Assembly (NCBI RefSeq): GCF_964194155.1
Contig: NC_135886.1
Span: forward strand, 5,146,001-5,210,000
From: Cetorhinus maximus
Taxonomy: Eukaryota
Direction: 5' to 3'
Length of the DNA stretch: 64,000 nucleotides
Shown here: positions 63,977 through 64,000 of the stretch, piece after piece
Numbering within the stretch: position 1 is the first letter of the stretch
Layout of the letters: every line of letters begins with the position of its first letter
Translations under genes and position numbers: made by a program
The notes under the pieces: model-generated
What the model saw: only the letters and a program-made list of their open reading frames with translations
Databases searched by the model: none
What the model was told of the DNA's origin: nothing

Positions 63977-64000
63977 TGAAAAAAGAGATTTTTTTGTCGA

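Noticed and set aside
1-64000. CRISPR array, rRNA or prokaryotic operon/defence system
   Set aside because: No regularly spaced repeat-spacer array or rRNA-like sequence; content is vertebrate intron/exon and transposon DNA.

Overview
Eukaryotic, repeat-rich genomic DNA; the repeat complement (CR1 LINEs, Deu-domain SINE, Penelope-like pLTRs, PIF/Harbinger elements) points to a cartilaginous fish (shark). Most ORF-track entries are spurious or transposon-derived. The real genes are spliced and on the minus strand: a tandem cluster of single-V-domain CD300/pIgR-family (CMRF35-like) immunoreceptors. Gene A (6 exons, 24653->6686, 253 aa) has a neutral TM and an ITIM/ITSM tail, so it looks inhibitory. 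Gene B (4 coding exons, 55076->44033, 173 aa) has an Arg in the TM and almost no tail, so it looks activating. A leader exon of a probable third paralog lies at 1278->1230. All exons were assembled by hand from GT/AG sites and phase compatibility. Also notable: inverted repeats flanking exons whose skipping would give soluble isoforms, Penelope-derived minimal hammerhead ribozyme motifs in introns, a four-level nested transposon stack, and a Gypsy element whose RT is replaced by a coiled-coil-coding segment. Repeat boundaries without a stated TSD are approximate.
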